This document shows, one piece after another, positions 10,987 to 19,882 of a DNA stretch of 39,919 bases. The translations under genes and the position numbers were made by a program. Source of the DNA: an uncultured Planctomycetaceae bacterium (GTDB lineage: Bacteria > Planctomycetota > Planctomycetia > Planctomycetales > Planctomycetaceae); NCBI GenBank assembly GCA_937952455.1, contig CALFYU010000076.1, forward strand, positions 1 to 39,919, written 5' to 3'. The notes below the pieces were generated by a model. That model did no database searches and was not told the origin of the DNA. It was given only the letters and a program-made list of their open reading frames with translations. Position 1 is the stretch's first letter, and every line of letters begins with the position of its first letter.

Positions 10987-13900
10987 TGAGCCGCGCCTCC
11001 CTCATCGGTCTTCACTGCCACGAACCCGCCGTCGGGCGTAATCACGACTGGATGACTACCCAGCAAATACGGACCGTCAGCAATCGCCTGTTGCACATCG
11101 AGCCGCTTGACGACCTCGCCCGATTCCGGATTGATGCGGAGGACTTCGCCGTTTTGCAGCGCCGCTACGAGGGTCCCGTCTACCATCTGCGGCGCGCCGG
11201 CCAGCGACGTTGCGGGCAGCGGCACCTCCCACAATTTCGTCAGCGTCTCGCCGAATTCAAAACAAAGCAGCCGGTCCCGTCCGCTTTGAACGAGTATCCG
11301 GTCGTCGACGACCCACGGCGCACGCGGCGCGGGTTGCGGTAGCGCTGCTTTGCCCAGTACCTCTAGCGAACGCCCGTTGAGAACACTGAGTGCGGGTTCG
11401 GCATCAGCGATCAACAGCCGGTCCCCGAAAACGCGGAGACCGACGTCCACGCCCTGCTGAAGCGGAATCGACGCGACCTCTTCGAAGAACGCGACCTGAT
11501 TTTGCTCGCGCAGTTGCAAACGGGAGAGTTTTCCTGACGTCGTGAGGACGATCACCTGATCTTCCTCAAACGGCACGAGGTCCTGGAAGCGGTCGACCGC
11601 TTGACCGCTGACCGGCAACGGAAAATCTTGGATCTGCCCGCTGGCGGATGAGCGCCCCAAGACTTGCAGGCTGCCTGATGCGGGCAGAATCAGCCCGCGA
11701 CCGAAGGCGATCGGATCGGTCTGCAGCGGCTCGGCCAAAGCTTGATCAAAGACGAGCCCGCCGGTGGGATTGATCACCCACAGATGCGGCTTCTCGCCGG
11801 TGGTGTAGACGGCCAGGCGTCCGTCCGACAGCCGCGCCGCATGATAAGTGGCCTCGACGTCGTCTTGGATTTTTAGTTGCGTCAGCGGCCGTGCTTCGAT
11901 GCCCCCTTCGGCGAGCCGTTTGGCGGTCACCAGAAACAGGTCTCCCGCCGATGTGACGCAAACGAGGGAGCCATCGTCGGGATTCGGCGCCGCCGTCGCC
12001 AACACCGGCGCGCCGACCACCACCAGCCATTCACCGGTCATTTGTTGCCGGTTGACGCCGCGGAAAAAGACCGCCTGGCTCGTCGGAAATCGCCCCGCGA
12101 CGAAAATCGAGTTCCCCGATGTCTGTAGCGGCTGTGTGCTCAGGCCTACCCGCATCCGCTGCTTCACATCTTCTTCCATTTGGTCCAGCGTCACGTGGAA
12201 CTTGCGCAAATCGCGGGCCGCCATCCACATCTGGTCGTCCGGCCCGACCGCCAGATAAATCGGGCAGCCGATCGGCGATTCGTTCTGCGCGCTGTCGACA
12301 TACGTCAGCGGCTTTTGACCGGTTTCTTGCGTCACCGTAAACGCCGTAACCCGTTCTCCGCTGGAAGGGATAAACAACCGATTCCCCCGCAACACCGGCG
12401 AATCGAGCACGTGCCCCATCCGCCCGGCGTTGTCTTGATAGGAAGCGACTTCCTTAAGTCCCCGCTCCGCTTCAGTGACGTCGTACAGCCGCACGCGGCA
12501 GTTGTCCGCCTGGTTATTCTCAATGGCCAACAAATACGGCCCCATCGTCAGCAGCGGCGCTTCAATGACCCCCGGCGCATGGCCGCTGTCGAAGACCTGC
12601 ACGCACTCCAGCGGGCGGCGGGAGAGGATATACATCACCCCGCGATGCCCGGCGACGAACAGAAATGCGCCCGATTCTGAAATGGCGGGACTGGACGAGA
12701 TCGGCTGCGCAAATTTCAGCCGCGACGTCAGCTCACCGGTCTCCAAGTCGAACTGACACAACTCACCTGCTTCGGTCGGCAGAAACACTTGGCCTTCGTC
12801 GATCACCGGCTTTCCGGACGCCCGGCCCGAGACGGCGTTGCGCCAAATCAGCGAGCCATCCGCCTTCGACACGAGCATCAGTTCATTGTTCCGCGTGTCA
12901 AACATTAACAGCGCCGGATCCGGGACCGATTGCTCGATCGGGAAAAACGGCGTGTCATACCCGATCGCGCGCCGCCAGCGCGGCGTGCCGTTGATGGTGT
13001 CGACCGCCATGCAGGCGTTCTCGGCCAGCACGATGACGCTCTCGTTTTCCGACTGGTTGCCCCCTTGTGCACGGGTATGACGGACCAGCGACAACGCCGA
13101 AGCGACATCCGACTCGCGTTCCTTTGTGGCCGCCTCAACGGATGTGGCCTCCCGTTGCACCGAACCTTTTTCGAGCTCGATGGCTTGGTTCATCAAATCC
13201 CGGATTTCGCGGTTGGAGGCAAAATCCGGATAACGGGCCAGCAGTGCCCGCCGCTCATCGAGCGCGGTGATTGCCTGCGAGTCCTGAATCGCCTGTTTGA
13301 TCTTGGCGACTGCCTCGTTAAACGTATCCTGTTTCAAGATCGCGTCGTTGGCTTCCTTTTTCACGCGGGCGACGCGGGCCAGATACGCGTCGGTATCTTT
13401 TTTGTCCGTTCCGATCCGCGTCAATAAGGTTCCCGCCTCGTCCGAAATCTCCAGAAGTTCCGGCTTGAGGCTCGACTTCGCGCTGGTGGCGGCGCCGAGG
13501 GCAATCCGCTTGATGTACTCCTCCAACTCCTGCACATTGGCCTCTTCGTTGTATTCAGGCAGGTCCTTGGACTTCTCCCGATACTCGTGAACCGACTGCA
13601 GTCCTGCTTCCCAGGCCGGCGATGATCCGGAAACGTGTTGTTGGATGCGGGTCAAACCCAATTGGATCTGTGCACTGTTGGTCGACGAGTCGCGGGGGTA
13701 GTTGACGAGGAACCGCTCGAAGCCCTTGATGGCCTGGGCGTATTTGCCTTCCTGTTTCGCCTGTGCCGCCTCCTGAAACTGGCTGTCGATTTCCTGACGG
13801 CTGTTCATAAAACGAAATGTGAGTGCCGTCAGAAGCAGGATCAAGCCTCCTCCGCCCAAGGTGAGCACCAGCGGCGACTGCAGAATTTTGCGTTCACCAG

Positions 13901-14588
13901 GGCGAATTTTCCGGCCTCCCGTCCAATTCGTCTTCTCGCTCGTCTTTGTTCGTGCGCTCGGGGCGGGGCGTTCTTTGGGGGCGGGTTTTTCCGCCGCGGC
14001 CGGCCGGCCGGAATCCTCATCGTCCGACGCCGCCGGAATTTCGTCATCGCTGGTGATAATATCGCCCAAACTCAATTCGGCGATCGATTCCGAGTGCGGA
14101 GCCGCCACCGGCTCCTTCTTGCGGCGTTTCTTACGGCGGGGACTCGGCTCCGGCTCCTCTTCAAAAACCGGCGTCTCGTCCGGCTCCTCAGGCGGCGCAT
14201 ACAGCGACTCCCGCTCGGCACGGACCGTCTCCTCGTCGTCGAGCGGCTTCAGCTCGAATTCGCTCAGTTCCGCCTTGGCACGATCGTCGTGCAGGGGATC
14301 ATTCTCATCGACCAGCGTGATCTTGACCTTGCCGATATTAATCACGTCGCCGGCTTTAAGCGTCGATTTCGCAACCCCCTTGCCATTGACGAGCACTTCA
14401 GAGTTGGCCGCCGAATTGATGCGGTAGCCATACTTCTGCCAGCTGATGCGGCAATGCATGGCCGCAATACTGTCGTCGTCGATGTGGACGTCATTCGAAG
14501 GATGGCTGCCGATCGACACCGGCAAATCCTTGGAGAGTTGGACCACGTCCGTTTCGCCTGAAGGAAGTCGAATTTTTAGGGCGGGCAT
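10983..14588 (-). CDS. FHA domain - TM helix - TPR - PQQ-type beta-propeller protein
   Basis: N-terminal FHA fold (VSIGSHPSNDVHI..HCRI..VLVNG..LKAGDVINIG) and a charged linker, then one TM helix (LVLTLGGGGLILLLTALTF). A BamD/YfiO-like TPR (YAQAIKGFERFLVNYP) and PQQ-like repeats (NGTPRWRR, DGSLIWRN, DLETGEL, NPESGEVV) follow. Confidence 0.85.
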   Translation of the reverse strand: MPALKIRLPSGETDVVQLSKDLPVSIGSHPSNDVHIDDDSIAAMHCRISWQKYGYRINSAANSEVLVNGKGVAKSTLKAGDVINIGKVKITLVDENDPLHDDRAKAELSEFELKPLDDEETVRAERESLYAPPEEPDETPVFEEEPEPSPRRKKRRKKEPVAAPHSESIAELSLGDIITSDDEIPAASDDEDSGRPAAAEKPAPKERPAPSARTKTSEKTNWTGGRKIRPGERKILQSPLVLTLGGGGLILLLTALTFRFMNSRQEIDSQFQEAAQAKQEGKYAQAIKGFERFLVNYPRDSSTNSAQIQLGLTRIQQHVSGSSPAWEAGLQSVHEYREKSKDLPEYNEEANVQELEEYIKRIALGAATSAKSSLKPELLEISDEAGTLLTRIGTDKKDTDAYLARVARVKKEANDAILKQDTFNEAVAKIKQAIQDSQAITALDERRALLARYPDFASNREIRDLMNQAIELEKGSVQREATSVEAATKERESDVASALSLVRHTRAQGGNQSENESVIVLAENACMAVDTINGTPRWRRAIGYDTPFFPIEQSVPDPALLMFDTRNNELMLVSKADGSLIWRNAVSGRASGKPVIDEGQVFLPTEAGELCQFDLETGELTSRLKFAQPISSSPAISESGAFLFVAGHRGVMYILSRRPLECVQVFDSGHAPGVIEAPLLTMGPYLLAIENNQADNCRVRLYDVTEAERGLKEVASYQDNAGRMGHVLDSPVLRGNRLFIPSSGERVTAFTVTQETGQKPLTYVDSAQNESPIGCPIYLAVGPDDQMWMAARDLRKFHVTLDQMEEDVKQRMRVGLSTQPLQTSGNSIFVAGRFPTSQAVFFRGVNRQQMTGEWLVVVGAPVLATAAPNPDDGSLVCVTSAGDLFLVTAKRLAEGGIEARPLTQLKIQDDVEATYHAARLSDGRLAVYTTGEKPHLWVINPTGGLVFDQALAEPLQTDPIAFGRGLILPASGSLQVLGRSSASGQIQDFPLPVSGQAVDRFQDLVPFEEDQVIVLTTSGKLSRLQLREQNQVAFFEEVASIPLQQGVDVGLRVFGDRLLIADAEPALSVLNGRSLEVLGKAALPQPAPRAPWVVDDRILVQSGRDRLLCFEFGETLTKLWEVPLPATSLAGAPQMVDGTLVAALQNGEVLRINPESGEVVKRLDVQQAIADGPYLLGSHPVVITPDGGFVAVKTDEGGAAQ

Positions 14589-14745
14589 ATTGTACTCAGT
14601 CGCTATTGGAGTGTGCGTGTCACGGCATCATGGCGACGCCGGTTCGCCTCGAAGTCGTTCTGTTCAAAAAAGCGGCCGTGCCGCTGGATATCCAAATGGG
14701 GTCGTTACCGCCATTGCCGCGGCGGCGATAATACGGTCGCGGAGG

Positions 14746-15375
14746 TCATTCATCGTCACCGGCGGCGACGGTCACCATGCGGATTTTCTGCATGGCGACT
14801 TCATTTGCCGCGTCGAACACAGCGACCGTCGTTTCGTGAAACGAATCGGCATGGGCGTTGATCACCATTTCGCGGCGCCCGGAGGAGTCCATCGACTGTT
14901 GCAACATCTCGGCCAAATTGCCGCCGGCCGGCAGCGGCTCGTCGTCGACGACAATTGTGTTGTCCGCTTGGATTTCCACGATAATCGCGTCTACCTCCAG
15001 TTCCTCCAGCGAAATGGGCGTGGATTGCGCCCCTTCGCGCTGCGGATCAGGCGGCGGGACCGCGATTGCTTTCTGCAAGCTTAAGCTGGCCGTCAGAATA
15101 AAGAAAATCAATAATTGAAACGTGACGTCGACCATCGGCGTGAGATCCAGCTCTGCTTCTTCAACGTCGCGTTTGCGCAGTTGAAACTCCTCAACTTCCG
15201 CATCAGTGTCCAGATACCGGTGCGGCTCATACGGCCGGTGGGACCGCATGATCGCCTCGGGCGAGGGAACGGTCGCCACGTCGCCGCACTTCGGGCAGTT
15301 CACCCGCCGCCCGGCGGCGCGTGAGGGAATCTTGATTTTTTTGCGGCACTTCGGGCAGCGAAATTTAATGGGCAT
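14746..15375 (-). CDS. exbD: ExbD/TolR family protein with an N-terminal zinc ribbon
   Basis: LDLTPMVDVTFQLLIFF TM motif with the essential Asp and a C-terminal 'INAHADS.HE..V.VFDAA' domain. N-terminus is CPKC-x16-CPKC. Confidence 0.88.
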   Translation of the reverse strand: MPIKFRCPKCRKKIKIPSRAAGRRVNCPKCGDVATVPSPEAIMRSHRPYEPHRYLDTDAEVEEFQLRKRDVEEAELDLTPMVDVTFQLLIFFILTASLSLQKAIAVPPPDPQREGAQSTPISLEELEVDAIIVEIQADNTIVVDDEPLPAGGNLAEMLQQSMDSSGRREMVINAHADSFHETTVAVFDAANEVAMQKIRMVTVAAGDDE

Positions 15376-15465
15376 CGCAACTGGCCGCCGATCAATCGCG
15401 GCGGATTTCTAAGGATTGTGGTTCCATTCCTCCTTCAAGGAGGCCCGGCCGGTACCGGTCGGGTG

Positions 15466-15921
15466 TCACGGCTCCTTCTCTTCGACGGCGATGAAGAATT
15501 CCACGCCGTCGATCTCGGCAATCGCGCGGGCCACCTTTTGCACGTCGCCGTGTGAGATTTCGCGCTCGGCGAGAATCATGACTTTGTTGATATTCGCCGC
15601 AACCTGCTCTTCAACATGCCGCCGCACGCCGTCGATGTCCACTTCTTGTCCGTTATCCAACAAGATCGACGCCGCTTCGCCCCGCCCGGCCTTAAGCGTG
15701 ATCGCCGTACTTTGGTTTCCGCTGACTCCGTCGCCGTATTTGGCCTTAGGCAAATCCAGCGCATCGGCCGGGCTCATCGTCGACTTCACCAGAAAATAAA
15801 TCAGCAACAGAAACGTGACGTCGATCATCGGTGTGATGTCGAGGTCGTCTTCCTGTGCCCGCTTGGCCGTTTTGAATTGGCCGCCTTCGTCACCGGCGAA
15901 GACGCTTCGGCGTTTTCTCAA
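15466..15921 (-). CDS. exbD: ExbD/TolR family protein
   Basis: LDITPMIDVTFLLLIYF, LDLPKA and ILAEREISHGDV motifs. The TTG start overlaps the exbB stop. Confidence 0.9.
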   Translation of the reverse strand: MRKRRSVFAGDEGGQFKTAKRAQEDDLDITPMIDVTFLLLIYFLVKSTMSPADALDLPKAKYGDGVSGNQSTAITLKAGRGEAASILLDNGQEVDIDGVRRHVEEQVAANINKVMILAEREISHGDVQKVARAIAEIDGVEFFIAVEEKEP

Positions 15922-16586
15922 GATTCCCGTCCTCCCTTGCCGGTGAGGGCCACCTCATAATCATCCAAAAACTCACCGACCCAGTGCTGAACGCTGTCCT
16001 GCAGCCGGCCGATCCGCACGTTGATCAAGGCCCCGGCCAACACCAGCGGAATCGCCACCGCCAAACCGGCTGCCGTCGTAAACAGGGCCACGCTGATGGC
16101 GCCGGCGAGCTGTTCGCCCCCTTCGCCGCCGGCGCTTTGTGCCAAATCCAATTGTTGAAACGCGCTGATCATGCCGATCACCGTTCCCAACAGTCCCAGC
16201 ATCGGGGCGCTCTTGACGATTGTCCCCACCCACGACATCCGGTATTCCAAATCGGCCAGGATCTCCCGCTCAAAGGTTTCCGCCAGGCTGCGGCGGAGAC
16301 GGGCCATCGACTGTTCCTTCTTATTCAGCGCAAACAACACCAACTGCGGCACCGCCTTGCTCCAGTAAGCGGGAGAGTCGCACATTTCCGCGACCGCTTC
16401 AAAGTCGCGCTTTTGCAGGTTGCCGCGAACCTCTTCGAGAAATTCCTCGGCGGCCGCGTTGGAAAACTGCTTCTCCTGAATGCGTCGCAACAACAAGATC
16501 ACCGTGAAGGCGCCGTACAAAGCGACCAGGGCCAGCATCACATAAATGAAATTGCCGCCCCAGTCGAGAAGTTGGGTATAGTCCAT
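15918..16586 (-). CDS. exbB: MotA/TolQ/ExbB proton channel family protein
   Basis: SAPMLGLLGTVIGMISAF and ISVALFTTAAGLAVAIP motifs; three TM helices. Confidence 0.92.
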   Translation of the reverse strand: MDYTQLLDWGGNFIYVMLALVALYGAFTVILLLRRIQEKQFSNAAAEEFLEEVRGNLQKRDFEAVAEMCDSPAYWSKAVPQLVLFALNKKEQSMARLRRSLAETFEREILADLEYRMSWVGTIVKSAPMLGLLGTVIGMISAFQQLDLAQSAGGEGGEQLAGAISVALFTTAAGLAVAIPLVLAGALINVRIGRLQDSVQHWVGEFLDDYEVALTGKGGRES

Positions 16587-16694
16587 TGCGTGTTAACCAG
16601 TTCTTAAGGATCGTGGTGAAGTGGCCACCTTCCATCGGCAGGCGACACAACCGCCGCCTGCACCGTAACTCTTCCAGTGGGCACTGCTGTCAAT

Positions 16695-17591
16695 TCAACG
16701 AAAGAGGATCTGCCGCGTGACGACAAACTTGTATCCGCTGCCGGCCTCCTTGATCGCGAAATAGGTCCGGCGAATCTGTTCGGCGGGTCGATTTTGATAG
16801 TCCCGCTCAAGTTGCGCGAGTTGATTCTCCATCTTGTCCGGAACGAACTGAAAGATGTTCAGTCCGGTCACGTCGATGCCCGCCTTTTGGAATAGTTGGG
16901 CATCGGCCGCGCGGCGGCCTCCCCCTTGCCAGGTCAGGTACAACCGTTTCTCGTTTTCGCCCGATTTCACCCGTTTGACGTCGGGCCGCGGCTTGGAAAA
17001 ACCCGACACATAGACCAATTCCTGCCCCTGGATCACGCCGAACACCACGCCGAAGTAATCCAGCCGCCGAGCGTATTCCGAGAGGGTGATCTGATCGTCG
17101 TAACGGACAAACCACCGCTGGTCGCGCGGCAGGCCCCCTTGCCCCTCGCCCACGCCCAAGGCGCGGCGGCCTGTCCCCGAAGCGCTCCCCGGTTTGCCAG
17201 CATTGACGGCGTCGAGTTCCAGTTGGCGGTTGGTCTGTTCCACCGCCTGATCGGCCAGATCGATCACGTTGTCCAACAACTCTTCGACTTCGACTTCGTC
17301 CGACTCGACCTCCGCCAGCGACGGGTCGAGCGTTTCTTCCGCGGGCGATTCCAACAACAGCGTCTCGTCGATGGCGCCGTCCTCACTTCCGCCGGGCAAT
17401 TCGATCAATTCCATGGCCACGGCATCATTCGCCTGTGCCGGGCGGTTGATGAAGTGCACGGCCACTTCCCAGCTGGCGGCGATCGAGACGCCCACCACCA
17501 GGGCGATCAGCCAGGCGGCCACTTTGTCATAGCGGGTTACGTTCAGCACGGGGGAATGTGCCGGGTTCGATTTGTCGCGTAGTGACGGCAT
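16695..17591 (-). CDS. Single-pass membrane protein with TonB/TolA-like topology (hypothetical)
   Basis: N-terminal TM helix, very acidic linker, Gly-rich hinge (GKPGSASGTGRRALGVGEGQGG) and a ~140-aa globular C-terminal domain. Lies directly upstream of exbB. Confidence 0.7.
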   Translation of the reverse strand: MPSLRDKSNPAHSPVLNVTRYDKVAAWLIALVVGVSIAASWEVAVHFINRPAQANDAVAMELIELPGGSEDGAIDETLLLESPAEETLDPSLAEVESDEVEVEELLDNVIDLADQAVEQTNRQLELDAVNAGKPGSASGTGRRALGVGEGQGGLPRDQRWFVRYDDQITLSEYARRLDYFGVVFGVIQGQELVYVSGFSKPRPDVKRVKSGENEKRLYLTWQGGGRRAADAQLFQKAGIDVTGLNIFQFVPDKMENQLAQLERDYQNRPAEQIRRTYFAIKEAGSGYKFVVTRQILFR

Positions 17592-17677
17592 CTTGTCGTG
17601 TTAGTGATTTGAGAGAATGCGGCAGCCGGGCACGCGGTGAGCGAGGTTCGGCGACTCGAGGGCAGGGAATCAGTAGC

Positions 17678-17840
17678 GGGTGAGTTTCGTTTCAGTGGTT
17701 TGTCAGGGTTTCTCTTTTCGATTGTGTGCCACTGGCTATGTCAGTGTCACCATCAATGTGTGCGAAACGTGCAAAACACTGGGAAAGCCAGTGGCACGCA
17801 AATTCTTTGGTCTGACAAAACACGCGTTTTCAAAACACCC
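17678..17840. repeat. Nested inverted-repeat element (REP doublet / MITE-like)
   Basis: Inner IR: GTGCCACTGGCT-atgt-CAGTGT (17726-17747) / ACACTG-ggaa-AGCCAGTGGCAC (17776-17797). Outer degenerate 29-bp IR: 17678-17706 / 17812-17840 (GGGTG...GTG.TTTGTCAG). Confidence 0.65.
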
Positions 17841-17873
17841 ATAAGGTGCCGGCGATAATCATTCGTCAGCCGG

Positions 17874-19604
17874 CTATTCTTCCGCGCTCAACAGGTCGTC
17901 ACGTTCGTCGTAAGGCCGGACGGTGAGGTACCACTCTTTCCAGCGCGCAATCGCCTGCTGGCGTTCTTTGTCTGTCGGTTGATTCGGCAGACCGTAGCCG
18001 TCGATGCGTTTGCTGAGAAATCTCAGCGCATTGCGGGCTTCGACCATCGTGTCCAAATTGGGGTCGCTCAGTGCCTGAATCAACGTCGGCACCACGGTGA
18101 TATCCTGGCTGCGGCCCAGTGCCCACATGGCGGTCCGCCGCACTTCATCGTTTTTCACAGTGGCGAGTTTCAGCAATTTATCGGTCTTGCCCACCAGCGC
18201 CTTGGGGTCCTCCAGCACGACCTTCTCGACCAGGGCTTCTTGTGCCTCGAAGAAATTCGCGTTTTGCGGGTCTTCCAGAACCGACAACAGTTCGTCCACG
18301 GGACCGGAGATTTTGCGCTGTTTTACCGTGCCATCTTCGATGGACGTAATGGCGCTTAAGTCTTTCGGTAGTCCGCGACCGCCGGCCAGCAGTCCGCCGC
18401 CGATCCGTTTGGCCGGCCGCCGACGGCCCAACGTCTTGTGCGTCGCGCGGGTCAGAAACATCAAGCCGAACGCCGTGGTCGGCACAGCTCCCGCCTGTCC
18501 CGTCCAACCCCCCGTCGGTAACTGCTGGCGGACCAGATGACTCGCCCCGTCCAGGTACCAGCTGTGGTCTCCCAACTTGTCATCGAGTTCCGCCAGGGCC
18601 ATCGCCCGTTCCAGACTGTACAGGTAGTAATAAGGCCACCCCGTCGGCTTCTCGATCTCGTAATTACCGGCCAACCACCGTAGTCCCCCGCCAATGCCCT
18701 TGGTTAACGTGCTGTCCGGGATAATCGGGCCCCGCGGCTTGCTTTTTCTGACCGCTTCCTTCTCCAATTCCGCTTCGACGGCATCGGGGTCTTCCAGAAC
18801 GCCGAATTTCTTGCGTGCCGCTTCGCGCTGTTTCTTCTCAGCAGACGTCTCCTCCGAGATCGGTGATCCGCCCTTATTCGAGGGATACAAGAACATGCGG
18901 CAGATGCACAGACTCCCCACCCCGGCCGCGGTCATACTGTGCGTTGTGCGGTGGTAGTTATTCGTCGTGTCGCCGGGCCGATAGGCAAATCCTCCGTCCC
19001 CCGCCTGACGCGCTGCATGCCAGCGGGCAGTCCGGCCGAAGCCCGGCAAATCGACCGTCGCCCCAGCCATCGACGCTTCCCACAGCCCCAGCATCGCATA
19101 TTGCGTCTGACTCGTATCCCCCATTTCATCGGCACCGGGTTGGCTCGGATAATCCCAGCCTCCAGTGGAGCGCTGCCCCGCGGCCAGATAGTCCGCCAGG
19201 ATCTGGATCTCTTTCTCATATCTCTCCGGATCACTGTTGGCGAACGCCATAATGAAGCAGGTCGCAACATAGTTGGCTGTGCGCTTTTGCGGTGGATCAA
19301 ACGTCCCCTCGCTGCACCGCGCGGCCATCTCGTCCAATGCCTCTTGGATGATCGGATTCGTCGGTTTCACGCCCGCCTTGAGCAAGGCCGTCACGCCGAT
19401 AGATGACAGATCGATGCGCGTTTTCTGGATGTTTTCCAGGAGATACGCCTTGGCCTTTTCGATGGAATTCTCGATCTGGGCCTCGGTCGCAGGTTCAGCC
19501 CCTCGGCACGGAGCGCCGGCGCACACCAGTGCGACGGACGTCAATATCACCAATCTCCAGACGAAAGGTCGATCGGTCATGCGGTTCATAAGTGGTCCCC
19601 GCAT
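17874..19604 (-). CDS. Exported prenyltransferase/squalene-oxidase-repeat (alpha/alpha barrel) protein with C-terminal HEAT repeats
   Basis: Signal-peptide-like N-terminus; QW-like repeats (GQRSTGGWDY, RQAGDGGFAY, QQLPTGGW) plus GDTSQTQYAMLGL and YYYLYSLERA. HEAT repeats VRRTAMWALG..VPTLIQALSD..ARNAL. A GAGGAG SD favours the ATG at 19604. Confidence 0.82.
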   Translation of the reverse strand: MRGPLMNRMTDRPFVWRLVILTSVALVCAGAPCRGAEPATEAQIENSIEKAKAYLLENIQKTRIDLSSIGVTALLKAGVKPTNPIIQEALDEMAARCSEGTFDPPQKRTANYVATCFIMAFANSDPERYEKEIQILADYLAAGQRSTGGWDYPSQPGADEMGDTSQTQYAMLGLWEASMAGATVDLPGFGRTARWHAARQAGDGGFAYRPGDTTNNYHRTTHSMTAAGVGSLCICRMFLYPSNKGGSPISEETSAEKKQREAARKKFGVLEDPDAVEAELEKEAVRKSKPRGPIIPDSTLTKGIGGGLRWLAGNYEIEKPTGWPYYYLYSLERAMALAELDDKLGDHSWYLDGASHLVRQQLPTGGWTGQAGAVPTTAFGLMFLTRATHKTLGRRRPAKRIGGGLLAGGRGLPKDLSAITSIEDGTVKQRKISGPVDELLSVLEDPQNANFFEAQEALVEKVVLEDPKALVGKTDKLLKLATVKNDEVRRTAMWALGRSQDITVVPTLIQALSDPNLDTMVEARNALRFLSKRIDGYGLPNQPTDKERQQAIARWKEWYLTVRPYDERDDLLSAEE

Positions 19605-19882
19605 CGAGCGCTCCTCGGCTAGGGGAAATCGGGGGGAGTGCACGGCGTCAGGACTGTGCAGCACGCACATCGTCACCGTACAAAGTAGCTTTCGATCACA
19701 TTAAAATTCTACAGGCCCCCATTCGGCATTGTCAATGACGTAAGCGACAATGCGCGGGACGGCGACAATTGCACCGTTTGCTATTATCGCGTCCGACCGG
19801 TTAGTCTGTCCTGGCAGTGCAGGGCCGCACGCCCTCGGTGCGGATTGCCCGCCGCGACAACATCTTGCAGGAGCCACGCACT

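Noticed and set aside
10983-14588. BamB or a PQQ-dependent dehydrogenase
   Set aside because: It is not a lipoprotein, has an FHA domain and an inner-membrane anchor, and lacks recognisable quinoprotein catalytic features.
17874-19604. Squalene-hopene cyclase or alpha-2-macroglobulin
   Set aside because: It has a single barrel only, no DxDD or CxEQ motif, and carries a signal peptide and HEAT repeats.
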